Shown here: positions 1-10,331 of the stretch, in pieces | How the letters are laid out: every line of letters starts with the position of its first letter | Position numbering within the stretch: the first letter of the stretch is position 1 | Assembly: GCA_947368535.1 (NCBI GenBank) | Contig: CANBHY010000002.1 | Span: forward strand, 169,714-233,713 | Source: an uncultured Clostridium sp. | Lineage (GTDB): Bacteria; Bacillota; Clostridia; TANB77; CAG-508 | DNA: 64,000 bases | Reading direction: 5' to 3' | Position numbers and translations under genes: made by a program | Notes under the pieces: model-generated | Seen by the model: only the letters and a program-made list of their open reading frames with translations | What the model was told of the DNA's origin: nothing | Databases searched by the model: none

Positions 1-2
1 GA

Positions 3-182
3 AAGAATTTACCAGAACATTATCATTTTGATCATAGATATTTATTTGAAGTAAGTAAAAATCCAGAAATAAAAATAGCAGAAGAAGAATTATCTGAGTA
101 CCAATGGGTTGAAATCGATAAACTTACAAGAAATCCAGCCTATGAAATAATAGTAAGTAAACTTAAAAAGTTAATATCATAA
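3..182 (+). CDS. 3' end of a probable NUDIX-family hydrolase (partial, runs off the window start)
   Basis: Frame 3 reads KNLPEHYHFDHRYLFEV...EEELSEYQWVEID...* with TAA at 180-182; the HxHxDxRYLF and xxWV pattern resembles NUDIX C-termini; terminator follows. Confidence 0.5.
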   Translation, partial: KNLPEHYHFDHRYLFEVSKNPEIKIAEEELSEYQWVEIDKLTRNPAYEIIVSKLKKLIS

Positions 183-184
183 CA

Positions 185-213
185 AAAAAGGAAGGAATAA
201 ACCTTCCTTTTTT
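185..213 (+). terminator. Rho-independent terminator
   Basis: aaaaaggaagg-aataaa-ccttcctttttt hairpin with T-run. Confidence 0.8.
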
Positions 214-280
214 ATTATATTGTGTTTCTAAACGATAAATGATATTATATAAAATATAAAAATTAAATCAGGTGATAATT

Positions 281-1180
281 ATGAAAGAAAATACATTTGC
301 AATAATAGAAATAGGAAGTAATAATACTAAAACACATATATATGAAAATGAAAAAAATATATACGACACAACGACAACAATTGAATTTAAGAAAAATTAT
401 TCAACCAATAAAAAGATTGACGAAAAGGATATAAATAAATTATGTATAGAAATAGAAAAAGCATCAAAATATACGGATAAAATATATGTATATGGATGCA
501 GTATTTTTAGAAATATATCAGAAAAAGAATTACAAGAAATAGATGAATATTTATATAAAAAATATAACCTAAAAATATCTGTTGTATCACAGGAAGAAGA
601 GGCAGCCCTAACAGCATACGGTTGCTATAGTAACACAGACTATAACGGAAATATTTGTGTTTTCATTGGAGGCGGAGGTTCAACAGAATTATTAATAATA
701 AATAACCGAAAAATAATAGAGAAAAAATATCTAGACTTTGGAGTTGTAGATATTACTAAAAAGTTTCCTAGCCTAAAAGAAGATGTTCCAACTTGCACTT
801 TAGATGAAGTTCGTACATACATAAATTCGCTAATAGGTGAAATAAATACAAAATGTGATGTAATCATTTTAGCAGGAGGAGACCATTTATATTGGTATAA
901 TAATGCAAGATATGGATTAAATGAAAATACTTTATATAAAAGTGAAAACCAAAAATATATGATAGATATAGAGACAAGTGATAAATACGACGAAAATGCA
1001 TATATTACATCATTAGATAGAATAAGAGCAAATAGTGACAATCCTTTATGGTTTGACGGATCAAGAGCTATGAAAGCAATTACAAATGTAATATCACATA
1101 AAATAAAAACAAAATATGTTATACCAACAAAAATAAATATGGAAGATGGATTAAAGAACAAGTTAATTAATCAAAAATAA
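281..1180 (+). CDS. Ppx/GppA phosphatase family protein (ASKHA fold, no C-terminal HD domain)
   Basis: N-terminal AIIEIGSNNTK, SQEEEAALT, FIGGGGSTEL motifs; ATG 281 after AGGTG. Confidence 0.75.
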   Translation: MKENTFAIIEIGSNNTKTHIYENEKNIYDTTTTIEFKKNYSTNKKIDEKDINKLCIEIEKASKYTDKIYVYGCSIFRNISEKELQEIDEYLYKKYNLKISVVSQEEEAALTAYGCYSNTDYNGNICVFIGGGGSTELLIINNRKIIEKKYLDFGVVDITKKFPSLKEDVPTCTLDEVRTYINSLIGEINTKCDVIILAGGDHLYWYNNARYGLNENTLYKSENQKYMIDIETSDKYDENAYITSLDRIRANSDNPLWFDGSRAMKAITNVISHKIKTKYVIPTKINMEDGLKNKLINQK

Positions 1181-1192
1181 AGGTGAATTCAA

Positions 1193-1648
1193 ATGGAAAA
1201 AGAAAAATTCATGAAAGCGGCACTAAAAGAAGCACAAAAAGCTTATGAAAAAGAAGAAGTTCCAATAGGTGTTGTGATAGTGAAAGACGACAAAATAATA
1301 GCAAAAGCACATAATTTAAAAGAAATAAAAAAAGATACAACTGAACATGCAGAAATAAGAGCAATAAAAAAAGCAAGCAAAAAATTAGATTCATGGAGAT
1401 TAACAGACTGCGAAATGTATACAACACTAGAGCCATGTCCAATGTGTGCAGGTGCAATAATACAAGCAAGAATAAAAAAAGTATATATAGGAACAATGGA
1501 TGAAAAAACAGGAGCTTGTGGATCAGTTCTAAATTTATTTAAAGATCATAAATTTAATCATACCGTAGAATTAGAATACGGAATCATGGAAAAAGAAAGT
1601 AAAGAAATACTACAAGATTTTTTTAAAAAACTAAGGAAGAAAAAATAA
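1193..1648 (+). CDS. tadA: tRNA adenosine(34) deaminase
   Basis: HAE and EPCPMCAGA zinc motifs, EVPIG; upstream of ffs-dnaX as in Bacillus. Confidence 0.95.
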   Translation: MEKEKFMKAALKEAQKAYEKEEVPIGVVIVKDDKIIAKAHNLKEIKKDTTEHAEIRAIKKASKKLDSWRLTDCEMYTTLEPCPMCAGAIIQARIKKVYIGTMDEKTGACGSVLNLFKDHKFNHTVELEYGIMEKESKEILQDFFKKLRKKK

Positions 1649-2400
1649 TGGAGGAAAATGTGGAAAAAGAAAAGAAATCAAAGATAATTAAAAAATACAT
1701 ATTTATTTCATTTTTAGCATTATCTATTATTATTTCAACATTATTAATTGTAAAATATAATGTTGAAGGAGAAAAAAATTTACCATTTGAAATAGAAAAA
1801 ATAAGTATAAAGAGTTCACTAGATACAAAAAGCAATCAAAGTGAAAATATATGGGATTTAAGCATAATACAAAACAATGATATATACATTTATTTTAAGA
1901 AAAATGAAAAATTAGATTCAGAAGTACAAAAGATAAGAATAGAAAATTTAAAAATAAAAAGAAATAAAGAAATAGGACAAACAAAGCTATTTATACCAAC
2001 AAGTAATGATATAAAAACAAATTTTAAAAACAGCACAGAAGACTATTCTAAAAAAGGAATAGAATACACTGTAAACAATGTAGACAATATGGAAAAACAA
2101 GAAATAAGCCAAAATGGTGGAATGATAGCTTTTAGAATAAGTAATCAAGACTTAGCAGAGTACATATCTAATGAAGAAGCGGATTTACAATATGATGGTA
2201 CATTACTTCAAAAAGCAGGAATAACAGAACAAGATATAAAAATTGCAGCAAGCATGGATATAATAATAGAAATAAGCAAAAAAGAAAAATATAAAGGAAC
2301 TCTAACATTAGAGTTACCAATAGAAGATTTTAATGAAAAAAGTATTTTAGGAATAGAAAAAACAGATTTATCAGATGTAATTTTTAAAAGAAGTGAATAA
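1648..2400 (+). CDS. Hypothetical membrane-anchored protein
   Basis: 250 aa ORF, one N-terminal TM helix, coupled to tadA stop. Confidence 0.8.
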   Translation: MEENVEKEKKSKIIKKYIFISFLALSIIISTLLIVKYNVEGEKNLPFEIEKISIKSSLDTKSNQSENIWDLSIIQNNDIYIYFKKNEKLDSEVQKIRIENLKIKRNKEIGQTKLFIPTSNDIKTNFKNSTEDYSKKGIEYTVNNVDNMEKQEISQNGGMIAFRISNQDLAEYISNEEADLQYDGTLLQKAGITEQDIKIAASMDIIIEISKKEKYKGTLTLELPIEDFNEKSILGIEKTDLSDVIFKRSE

Positions 2401-2406
2401 AAATAC

Positions 2407-2434
2407 TTGATAAAACTCAAAACTCATTATATAA
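2407..2434 (+). promoter_or_regulatory. SigA-type promoter of SRP RNA
   Basis: TTGATA (2407) ... TATAAT (2429) just upstream of the RNA 5' end. Confidence 0.65.
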
Positions 2435-2441
2435 TCTAAAA

Positions 2442-2582
2442 CGGTATAAGTAATAGCTTTTGAGTGGAGAGTATGTTTCGATGAAAAGCTATGAACCTCG
2501 TCAGATTCGGAAGAAAGCAGCGATAAGTAGTGTATTCGTGCGATATAACATGCTTTCCACTGAGAAACTATTGCTTATACCG
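2442..2582 (+). ncRNA. ffs: Signal recognition particle RNA, short (4.5S-like) form
   Basis: Domain IV motif TCAGATTCGGAAGAAAGCAGC (compensated variant of TCAGGTCCGGAAGGAAGCAGC); 5' cggtataagtaatag pairs with 3' ctattgcttataccg; T-run after; conserved position before dnaX. Confidence 0.9.
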
Positions 2583-2611
2583 ATTTTTTTAATAAATTGG
2601 GGGTAATAAAA

Positions 2612-4171
2612 TTGGCATATACAGCACTATATAGAAAATTTAGACCACTAACATTTAGTGAATTCGTAGGCCAAGAACATATTACAAAAACACTAAAGAA
2701 TCAAATAATAGCAGGAAGAGTAGGACATGCATATCTTTTTAATGGAGGAAGAGGAACTGGAAAAACATCAGCAGCAAAAGTCTTATCAAGAGCAATAAAC
2801 TGTTTAAATCCAAAAGATGGCGAACCATGTAATGAATGTGAAATATGTAAAGAAATTTTAAACGGTTCTTTAACAGATGTAGTAGAAATGGATGCAGCAT
2901 CAAATAACAGCGTAGAAGATATAAGACAAATAAGAGAAGAAGTAAATTTTTTACCAACAAAAGCTAAGTATAGGGTATATATAATAGATGAGGTACACAT
3001 GTTGTCAACAGGAGCTTTTAATGCATTATTAAAAACATTAGAAGAACCACCAGAACATGTAAAATTTATACTAGCAACAACAGAGCCACAAAAACTACCA
3101 GCAACAATACTTTCAAGATGCCAAAGATTTGATTTTAAAAAAATATCAAACGAAGACATTAAAAAGAGGCTAAAAATTATAACTGATGAAATAGGAGTAC
3201 AAATAAGCGAAGACGCATTAACAACAATCAGTATATTGTCAGAAGGAGCAATGAGAGACGGTATAAGTATATTAGAAAGATGTATACAAGATGGGGACAA
3301 TGAAATAACTAATGAAAAAATTAAGGAATTAGTTGGTATACCTAAGTTTGAATATATATATAAAATAACTAAAAGCTTAATCGAAAAAGATTCAGAAAAA
3401 GCACTTGAAACTACTGAAGAAGTAATAAATGAAGGAAAAGATTTATATAACTTCCTATGGGAAATTATCAAATATATAAAAGATATTTTAATACTAAAAT
3501 CAAAAGGGAAATTAGAATTATATAATAAAGAAGAGTTAGAAAAAATAAAAGAATTAAGCGAAAAATCAACAAAAGAAGCACTTTTTTATTTGATAAAAGA
3601 ATTATCAGAAGTAGAAAATGATATTAAATGGTCAACACAAAAAACAATTATGTTTCAAACAGAAATAATAAAATTAACAGTAGAAAAAACAAACTATGGA
3701 GAAGACATAGAAGAAAGAATAAATAAGTTGGAACAAAAAATAGAATCAGGAGATATACAAGTAAAAAATCAAAAATATACAACACCATCTCCTGCAGATT
3801 CAGAAGCAAAAGGAACATCAAAAAAAAGTGAATCAAAGCCAAAAACACAAGTTACAATAGCAAATATAAAAAGTGAAGAATATTGGCCAAAAGTAATAAA
3901 TAATCTTAAATCTCAAGGCAAAATAACACTATTTACAAACTTAATGAATACAAAAGCAGTAGAATTAAGTGATGTACAATTAGGAATAGTAGGGTTATCA
4001 GAGTTTGGAAAAACAGTTATTGAACAGCCAGATAATAGAATGGCAATAGAAACAGCAATTGCTCAAGAAACTGGAAAAACAATGCAAATAAAAAGTGAAG
4101 AAGCGCAAAATATAAAATCTAAAAATACCAAAAGTGATTTTGGTATACCAATAAATATAATAGAAGAATAA
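2612..4171 (+). CDS. dnaX: DNA polymerase III subunit gamma/tau
   Basis: ALYRKFRP, GGRGTGKT Walker A, CxxC zinc cluster, IIDEVHML, SRC; TTG start 2612 after GGGGGT. Confidence 0.97.
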   Translation: MAYTALYRKFRPLTFSEFVGQEHITKTLKNQIIAGRVGHAYLFNGGRGTGKTSAAKVLSRAINCLNPKDGEPCNECEICKEILNGSLTDVVEMDAASNNSVEDIRQIREEVNFLPTKAKYRVYIIDEVHMLSTGAFNALLKTLEEPPEHVKFILATTEPQKLPATILSRCQRFDFKKISNEDIKKRLKIITDEIGVQISEDALTTISILSEGAMRDGISILERCIQDGDNEITNEKIKELVGIPKFEYIYKITKSLIEKDSEKALETTEEVINEGKDLYNFLWEIIKYIKDILILKSKGKLELYNKEELEKIKELSEKSTKEALFYLIKELSEVENDIKWSTQKTIMFQTEIIKLTVEKTNYGEDIEERINKLEQKIESGDIQVKNQKYTTPSPADSEAKGTSKKSESKPKTQVTIANIKSEEYWPKVINNLKSQGKITLFTNLMNTKAVELSDVQLGIVGLSEFGKTVIEQPDNRMAIETAIAQETGKTMQIKSEEAQNIKSKNTKSDFGIPINIIEE

Positions 4172-4184
4172 GGAGGAAATAAAA

Positions 4185-4532
4185 ATGGCAAAAAGAGGTG
4201 GATTCCCAGGAGGAATGGGAGGATTTCCAGGAGGAATGAATATAAACAAATTAATGAAAGAAGCTAAAAAAATGCAAGCTGATATGGAAGAAACACAAAA
4301 AGAAATAGCATTAAAAGAGTTCGAAAATTCAGTAGGAGGAGGAGCTGTTTCTGTAAAAATTACAGGAGAGAAAGTATTAAAAGAAATAAAAATTGATAAA
4401 GAAGCAGTAGATCCAGAAGATGTAGAAACATTAGAAGATTTAATATTAACATGTATAAATGGAGCTATGCTAAAAGCTGATAATGCAGCAAATGAAAGTA
4501 TGGGAAAATATAATATACCAGGATTAATGTAA
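4185..4532 (+). CDS. ebfC: YbaB/EbfC nucleoid-associated protein
   Basis: GGGAVSVKITG, DPEDVETLEDLI; between dnaX and recR. Confidence 0.93.
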   Translation: MAKRGGFPGGMGGFPGGMNINKLMKEAKKMQADMEETQKEIALKEFENSVGGGAVSVKITGEKVLKEIKIDKEAVDPEDVETLEDLILTCINGAMLKADNAANESMGKYNIPGLM

Positions 4533-4545
4533 AAAGAGGTAAGAA

Positions 4546-5145
4546 ATGTCATCATATTCACCATCAATAGAAAAATTAATAGAAAGCTTTGAAAAACTAC
4601 CAAGTATAGGACATAAAACAGCTATTAGATTAGCTTTTCATATGTTAGATATGTCAAAAGAAGAGACAGAAGAATTTATATCATCTATAAAAGAAGCAAA
4701 ACAAAAATTAAAATATTGTTCAACATGTTTTAATATAGCAGATACAGATCCTTGTCCAATATGCTCAAATCCTAAAAGAGATCAAAGTACAATATGCGTA
4801 GTAGAAGATGTAAGAGACATAATGGCAATGGAAAGAACACATGAATACAAAGGAGTATATCATGTATTGCATGGAACAATATCTCCAATGAATGGAATAG
4901 GACCAGATGAAATAAAAATAAAAGAGCTATTAGACAGAATAAAAGATAATGATATAAAAGAAGTAATAATTGCAACAAACCCTAGAGTAGAAGGAGAAGC
5001 AACATCAATTTATATATCAAAATTAATAAAAGCATTCAATATAAAAGTTACAAGAATAGCGCATGGAATTCCAGTAGGTGGCGACTTAGAATATACAGAT
5101 GAAATAACTCTTATGAAAGCTATGGAAGGAAGAAGAGAGATATAA
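4546..5145 (+). CDS. recR: Recombination mediator RecR
   Basis: LPSIGHKTA HhH, CxxC...CxxC, Toprim [20 protein letters not shown]. Confidence 0.97.
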   Translation: MSSYSPSIEKLIESFEKLPSIGHKTAIRLAFHMLDMSKEETEEFISSIKEAKQKLKYCSTCFNIADTDPCPICSNPKRDQSTICVVEDVRDIMAMERTHEYKGVYHVLHGTISPMNGIGPDEIKIKELLDRIKDNDIKEVIIATNPRVEGEATSIYISKLIKAFNIKVTRIAHGIPVGGDLEYTDEITLMKAMEGRREI

Positions 5146-5173
5146 AAAGCAGAGAATATAATCTCTGCTTTTT
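5144..5173. terminator. Bidirectional terminator between recR and ugtP
   Basis: aaaaagcagaga-atataa-tctctgcttttt. Confidence 0.8.
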
Positions 5174-6302
5174 ATATTGTATCCATTAAAATATCACAAA
5201 TATTTTTTGTAGAATTAGGCCTTGCAAGATCAGAAATTTTAGACTTCATATCATCTAAATGCTCAGGATGTCGATAAATATTTTTTATAATTCTAGCAAT
5301 ATTGTCATCCTTTTTAATCCAAATTGCTACACCATGTCTAACAAGAAAATCAGCATTAGATTCTTCCTGACCAGGAATAGGATTAATAAGAATTAAAGGA
5401 TCACCAGAAACTAATGATTCAGTAGTAGTAAGACCGCCTGGCTTAGTTATAACAAAACTAGAAATAGACATAAGTTCAGGAACTTTATCAGTAAAATCAA
5501 GAACCTTAACACGATCTGAAACATCATAAGCTTGTACTAATTTTCTAAATTTTGAATACATTTTTTTATTTCTACCAGAAATAGCTATAATTTGATAATT
5601 TTTACAAAGTCTAATTAAAGCTCTAAATACTAAACTAGTACGTTTTCTGCCTAAGCCAAACTCACCACCAGCAAAGAAAAGAACAGTAGTCTTATCTTTA
5701 TCTAAATTAAAATCATTATATATAGAATCTTTATCAAATTTATATTTAAACCTCTCAGAAAGAGGAATACCAGTAACAAAAACTTTAAAATCTGCAATAC
5801 CATTATCAGATAAAATTTCTTTCATTTCTTTATTAGAAACAAAGAAATAATCTATATATTCAGAATCTATTGTCCACTGAGAATGTGGAGCCATATCAGT
5901 TAAAACAGTAGCAATTTTGCATTTAATTTTTTTATGTTTTTTTAAATTAGTGCACATTTGATTAGAAAAAGGATGAGTACTAATAACTAAATCAGGTTCA
6001 AATTCTTGCAAAATACGATTTAATTTTCTAGACATAAGCTTATTAGAAGTAGTAGAAATTCTAGCAAGAGCGCCATGTTCAGAGTTATTATAAACTTTTT
6101 TCCACATCCAAGGAGCTTTTTTAGCCATCTCTTTATATGCAGCAGTAGATACTTTATTTAAATATTTATTAATATACTCAACACAATCAACCATTAAAGT
6201 TTCACACTCAGGATAATTTGTATCTAGATAATTTTTAATAGCCCTAGCAGCAGAAAGATGGCCACCACCATATGCACCATAAAAAATAAGAATTTTTTTC
6301 AT
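5172..6302 (-). CDS. ugtP: MGDG synthase / processive diacylglycerol glucosyltransferase (GT28)
   Basis: GGGHLSAA, STHPF, ITKPGGLTTTE, NPIPGQEESNA; ATG at 6302. Confidence 0.85.
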   Translation of the reverse strand: MKKILIFYGAYGGGHLSAARAIKNYLDTNYPECETLMVDCVEYINKYLNKVSTAAYKEMAKKAPWMWKKVYNNSEHGALARISTTSNKLMSRKLNRILQEFEPDLVISTHPFSNQMCTNLKKHKKIKCKIATVLTDMAPHSQWTIDSEYIDYFFVSNKEMKEILSDNGIADFKVFVTGIPLSERFKYKFDKDSIYNDFNLDKDKTTVLFFAGGEFGLGRKRTSLVFRALIRLCKNYQIIAISGRNKKMYSKFRKLVQAYDVSDRVKVLDFTDKVPELMSISSFVITKPGGLTTTESLVSGDPLILINPIPGQEESNADFLVRHGVAIWIKKDDNIARIIKNIYRHPEHLDDMKSKISDLARPNSTKNICDILMDTI

Positions 6303-6415
6303 ATTTATTCCTTTCAAAAAAGTTAGATAAACTAACAAAAAATTATATCACAAATTTAAATAAAAATGAATAAAAACTACATTTTGAGACGAAAATATGA
6401 AAAGAAGGTGAGAAT

Positions 6416-7771
6416 ATGAAAAGAAAAAATGATATTAAAACAAGACTGATAATAGGAATAAGCATAATATCAGTAACATTAATAGGATGTTTAATATATA
6501 AAATGAATAATCAAAAAAACGAGCATGAAAATGATAAAAATAATATATATACAATGTCATTAAGCCAATTAACAGATCATGTACAAAATGTGGAAAACTT
6601 TTTAGCAAAAGCAACAATTTCAAGTAGTAGTGAAGCAGGAGCAGAAAGCTTAACTAGAGTATGGAAAGAAGCAGATATATCAGTAAGTTATCTATCACAA
6701 ATTCCGCTAAATGTAGAACAATTAAATAAAACAGCCAAATTTTTAAATCAAGTAAGTGAATATAGTTACTCTTTATCTAGAAAAAATATATATAAAGAAA
6801 AGCTAACACAAGAAGACTTAGATAATTTGAAAAAATTACATGAATATAGTGTTAAATTAAAAGATGGTTTAAATCAAATGGAAGAAGAAATAAATATAGG
6901 AACTATATCATGGGCAGATTTAAGAAGAACAGATAATGACTACGTAAAACAAGTTTCAAGTATAGCAGATATTTCATTTACAGACATAGATAACAACTTT
7001 AATGAATTTGAAGGACTAATATACGATGGAGCTTTTTCTGAACATATTGAATTAGCAGAGAAAAAAGGATTAACAGGAGAAGAAATAACAGAAGAACAAG
7101 CAGAAGAAAAAGTAAAAGAAATATTTAAAGATAATATAGAGAAAATAACTAGAAAAGGAAAAATTAGTTTAGATAATATTGAAGTATATCAATTTGAGAT
7201 TACAGAAAAAAACAAAAATATATCTAATATATCAATAACAAAAAAAGGTGGGAAAGTAGCACTACTTAACAAAGATAGAGATGTAGTAGAAGAAAAAATA
7301 TCTAGAGAAGAAGCAAACCAAATAGGAAAAGATTTCTTAGCCAAAATTGGATTTGAAAACATGAATGAAAGTTATTTTCAAACACAAGAAAATATAATAA
7401 CAATTAACTATTTATACAAACAAGGAGAAATATCAGTATACCCAGACTTAATAAAAGTTAAAATTGCAATGGATAATGGAGAAGTCTTAGGTATCGAAAC
7501 AAGTGGATATTTAAACTCTCATACGGAGAGAACAAATATAACACCTACAATAAGTATAGAAGAAGCAAAAGCAAATCTAAATAAAAATTTAAATATTCAA
7601 AGTGAGAATTTAAGCATAATACCAACAGAATGGAAAACAGAAATATTATGCTATGAATTTAAAGGAAAAATAGACGAAACAGAATTTTTAGTTTATATCA
7701 ATGCACAAAATGGTAGGGAAGAGAATATTTTAGTAATAAGAGAAACACCAGGCGGAATATTAACAATGTAA
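6416..7771 (+). CDS. ypeB: Spore germination protein YpeB (PepSY domains)
   Basis: N-terminal TM, LIYDGAFSEH, YPDLIKVKIAMDNGEVLG, LCYEFKG. Confidence 0.88.
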   Translation: MKRKNDIKTRLIIGISIISVTLIGCLIYKMNNQKNEHENDKNNIYTMSLSQLTDHVQNVENFLAKATISSSSEAGAESLTRVWKEADISVSYLSQIPLNVEQLNKTAKFLNQVSEYSYSLSRKNIYKEKLTQEDLDNLKKLHEYSVKLKDGLNQMEEEINIGTISWADLRRTDNDYVKQVSSIADISFTDIDNNFNEFEGLIYDGAFSEHIELAEKKGLTGEEITEEQAEEKVKEIFKDNIEKITRKGKISLDNIEVYQFEITEKNKNISNISITKKGGKVALLNKDRDVVEEKISREEANQIGKDFLAKIGFENMNESYFQTQENIITINYLYKQGEISVYPDLIKVKIAMDNGEVLGIETSGYLNSHTERTNITPTISIEEAKANLNKNLNIQSENLSIIPTEWKTEILCYEFKGKIDETEFLVYINAQNGREENILVIRETPGGILTM

Positions 7772-7913
7772 GTTTATAAAAAATATATACTTTTTTAAAA
7801 AAAGTATATATTTTTTTATATAAATTTACAAAAAAAATAAAAAGTGGTAATATAATTACGTATTTGTGAATATTAATATATAGCAAATCTATCGAGAAAT
7901 AAAAGGTGATTTT

Positions 7914-10328
7914 ATGAAAAAACTTTATGTACAAGACGTACTAAAAAAAGTTAAAGGAGAAATCCTTTGTGGAAATGCAAATGAGGAGATAGAAGAAGTT
8001 AGCATTGACACAAGAACAATCAAAAAAGGAGACACATACTACGGACTAAGGGGAGAAAACGTAGACGGAAGCATTTATTGCAAAGATGCAATAAATAAAG
8101 GAGCAAAAATATGCTTCATACAAGAGAATATTTTTACAAAAGAAGAACTTGAAAAATATTCAAAAACGACAACAGTAGTATTAGTAGAAAATGTAGAAGA
8201 TGCACTACTAGAAACAGCAAGAATTAAAAGAAGTCTATACGACATTCCAGTAATAGGAATAACAGGAAGTGTAGGAAAAACAAGTACAAAAAATGTTATA
8301 GCAGAAGTAATGGCACAAAAATTTAATGTGCAAAAAACACAAGGAAATCATAACAATAGAATCGGAGTACCATTAACGATCATGGGATTAAAAGATCATG
8401 ACGCATTAATTGTAGAAATGGGAATGAACCATTTTGGAGAAATAAGTGAACTAACCAAAGTAGCTAAACCAACATTATGCGTAATATCAAATATAGGAAC
8501 ATCACATATAGGAAATTTAGGTTCAAGAGAAAATATATTAAAAGCAAAACTAGAAATACTAGAAGGAATGGAAAATGGAAAAATCATTATAAATAATGAT
8601 AATGACCTATTACATAAATGGAGTTTAAAAGATAAAAAAGTAGAAAAAGTTACATTTGGAATTCACGAAACAAGCAACTACATGGCGAGAAACATAAAAA
8701 TGAAAGAAACAGAAAATGAATTCGAAATCGAATATAGAGGAAAAAAATATCAATTTAAAACAGATAAACCTGGAGAACCATTCATATTAAACGCTTTATC
8801 TGCTATAGCAGTTGGAAGTCAATATGACATACCAATGGAAAAAATGATAAAAGCTATAAGTACAGCAGATTCCGGAAAAAATAGAATGGAAATAGAAAAA
8901 ACAAAAAATGTATTAATAATAAAGGACTATTATAATGCTAGCTTTGAATCAATAAAGCCAAGTTTAGAATATTTAGCATCATTAGACGGCGGTAAAAAGA
9001 TAGCGGTATTAGGTGATATAAAAGAAGTAGGAGACTTTTCGCAAGAATTACACGAAAAGGTAGGGAAAGAAGTAGAAAAAAATAAAATAGACATATTAAT
9101 AACAGTAGGAAAAGAAGCACAATATATTGCAGAAGCTGCTTTAGAATCAGGAATGCAAAAAGAAAATGTATATACATACAAAACAAATTTGCAAGCAACT
9201 AAAAAATTAAAACAAATAGCAAAGGATGGAGATAAAATTTTATTAAAAGCTTCAAATAGCATGAAATTTGGAGAAATTTATGAAGGGTTTTTATCTAAAA
9301 CTAAAGTGGTAGTGATAGTTGGAGGAAAATCATCAGAACATAGTGTATCATTAATGTCAGGAAAATCTGTATTAGAAAATATTAATAAAGAAAAATATGA
9401 TATAACAGTAATTTTTATAAAACAAAATGGGAAAATTTATGAATATACTGGGAAATTTGAACAAATTGAAAATGTGAAATCATCAGATTTAACACCTAAA
9501 AATACATTAACAGAAGCGTTAGTAAATCAAGATGTAGTATTTCCAGTTTTACATGGAAAATATGGAGAAGATGGATGCATTCAAGGAATGCTCGAAACAG
9601 AGCAAATAGCTTATGTAGGATGCGGAGTACTTGCATCATCAGTATGCATGGATAAAGAATTTACAAAAAAAATTGTATCAATTGCAGGAATAAATGTAGC
9701 AAAATCAATAACAGTTCACAAAAGAAATAATTATTACACAGAAGGTATAGAAAAAGAAGAAAAAACTATAACTAAAATAGCTAAAAGTGCTGAAGAAAAG
9801 TTAGGATACCCTATGTTTATAAAACCAACAAACGAAGGATCATCATTTGGAGTAAGTAGGGCAGAGAATAAAGAAGAATTAATAAAAGCAATAAAAATAG
9901 CAGAAAAATTTGATGATAAGATGCTAATAGAAGAAGAAATAAAAGGAAGAGAGCTAGAATGTGCAGTATTAGGAAACAAAGAAGTAATATCATCAGAAGT
10001 AGGAGAAGTATTAGCCGCAGAAGAATTCTATTCATTTGATGCAAAATACAATAACCCACAATCAAGAACAGTAATTCCGGCAAAAATAAAACCAGAAATA
10101 AGAGAAAAAATAAAAGAATTAGCTGAAAAAGCATTTATTGCAGTTGAAGGAAAAGGATTATCAAGAGTAGATTTCTTTTTGAAAGAAAATGGGGAATTAA
10201 TATTAAATGAAATAAATACAATGCCAGGATTTACGAAAATAAGTATGTACCCAAAACTTTTTGAAGCAGCGGGAATTCCATATCAAGAGCTAATGGACAG
10301 ATTAATTGAACTAGCCATAGAAAGGTAA
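7914..10328 (+). CDS. murF-ddl: Fused MurF (aa ~1-460) and D-Ala-D-Ala ligase (aa ~463-804)
   Basis: MurF: GITGSVGKTSTK, VEMGMNH, DYYNAS, LLKAS; Ddl: GGKSSEHSVS, LHGKYGEDG, KPTNEGSS, RVDFF, NEINTMPG; single open frame. Confidence 0.93.
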   Translation: MKKLYVQDVLKKVKGEILCGNANEEIEEVSIDTRTIKKGDTYYGLRGENVDGSIYCKDAINKGAKICFIQENIFTKEELEKYSKTTTVVLVENVEDALLETARIKRSLYDIPVIGITGSVGKTSTKNVIAEVMAQKFNVQKTQGNHNNRIGVPLTIMGLKDHDALIVEMGMNHFGEISELTKVAKPTLCVISNIGTSHIGNLGSRENILKAKLEILEGMENGKIIINNDNDLLHKWSLKDKKVEKVTFGIHETSNYMARNIKMKETENEFEIEYRGKKYQFKTDKPGEPFILNALSAIAVGSQYDIPMEKMIKAISTADSGKNRMEIEKTKNVLIIKDYYNASFESIKPSLEYLASLDGGKKIAVLGDIKEVGDFSQELHEKVGKEVEKNKIDILITVGKEAQYIAEAALESGMQKENVYTYKTNLQATKKLKQIAKDGDKILLKASNSMKFGEIYEGFLSKTKVVVIVGGKSSEHSVSLMSGKSVLENINKEKYDITVIFIKQNGKIYEYTGKFEQIENVKSSDLTPKNTLTEALVNQDVVFPVLHGKYGEDGCIQGMLETEQIAYVGCGVLASSVCMDKEFTKKIVSIAGINVAKSITVHKRNNYYTEGIEKEEKTITKIAKSAEEKLGYPMFIKPTNEGSSFGVSRAENKEELIKAIKIAEKFDDKMLIEEEIKGRELECAVLGNKEVISSEVGEVLAAEEFYSFDAKYNNPQSRTVIPAKIKPEIREKIKELAEKAFIAVEGKGLSRVDFFLKENGELILNEINTMPGFTKISMYPKLFEAAGIPYQELMDRLIELAIER

Positions 10329-10331
10329 AAT

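Noticed and set aside
4199-4237. 18-nt tandem duplication in ebfC (GGFPGGM twice)
   Set aside because: Gly/Met-rich N-termini are normal for this family
6416-7771. ypeB without adjacent sleB
   Set aside because: Separation occurs in other clostridia and cannot be interpreted from one window
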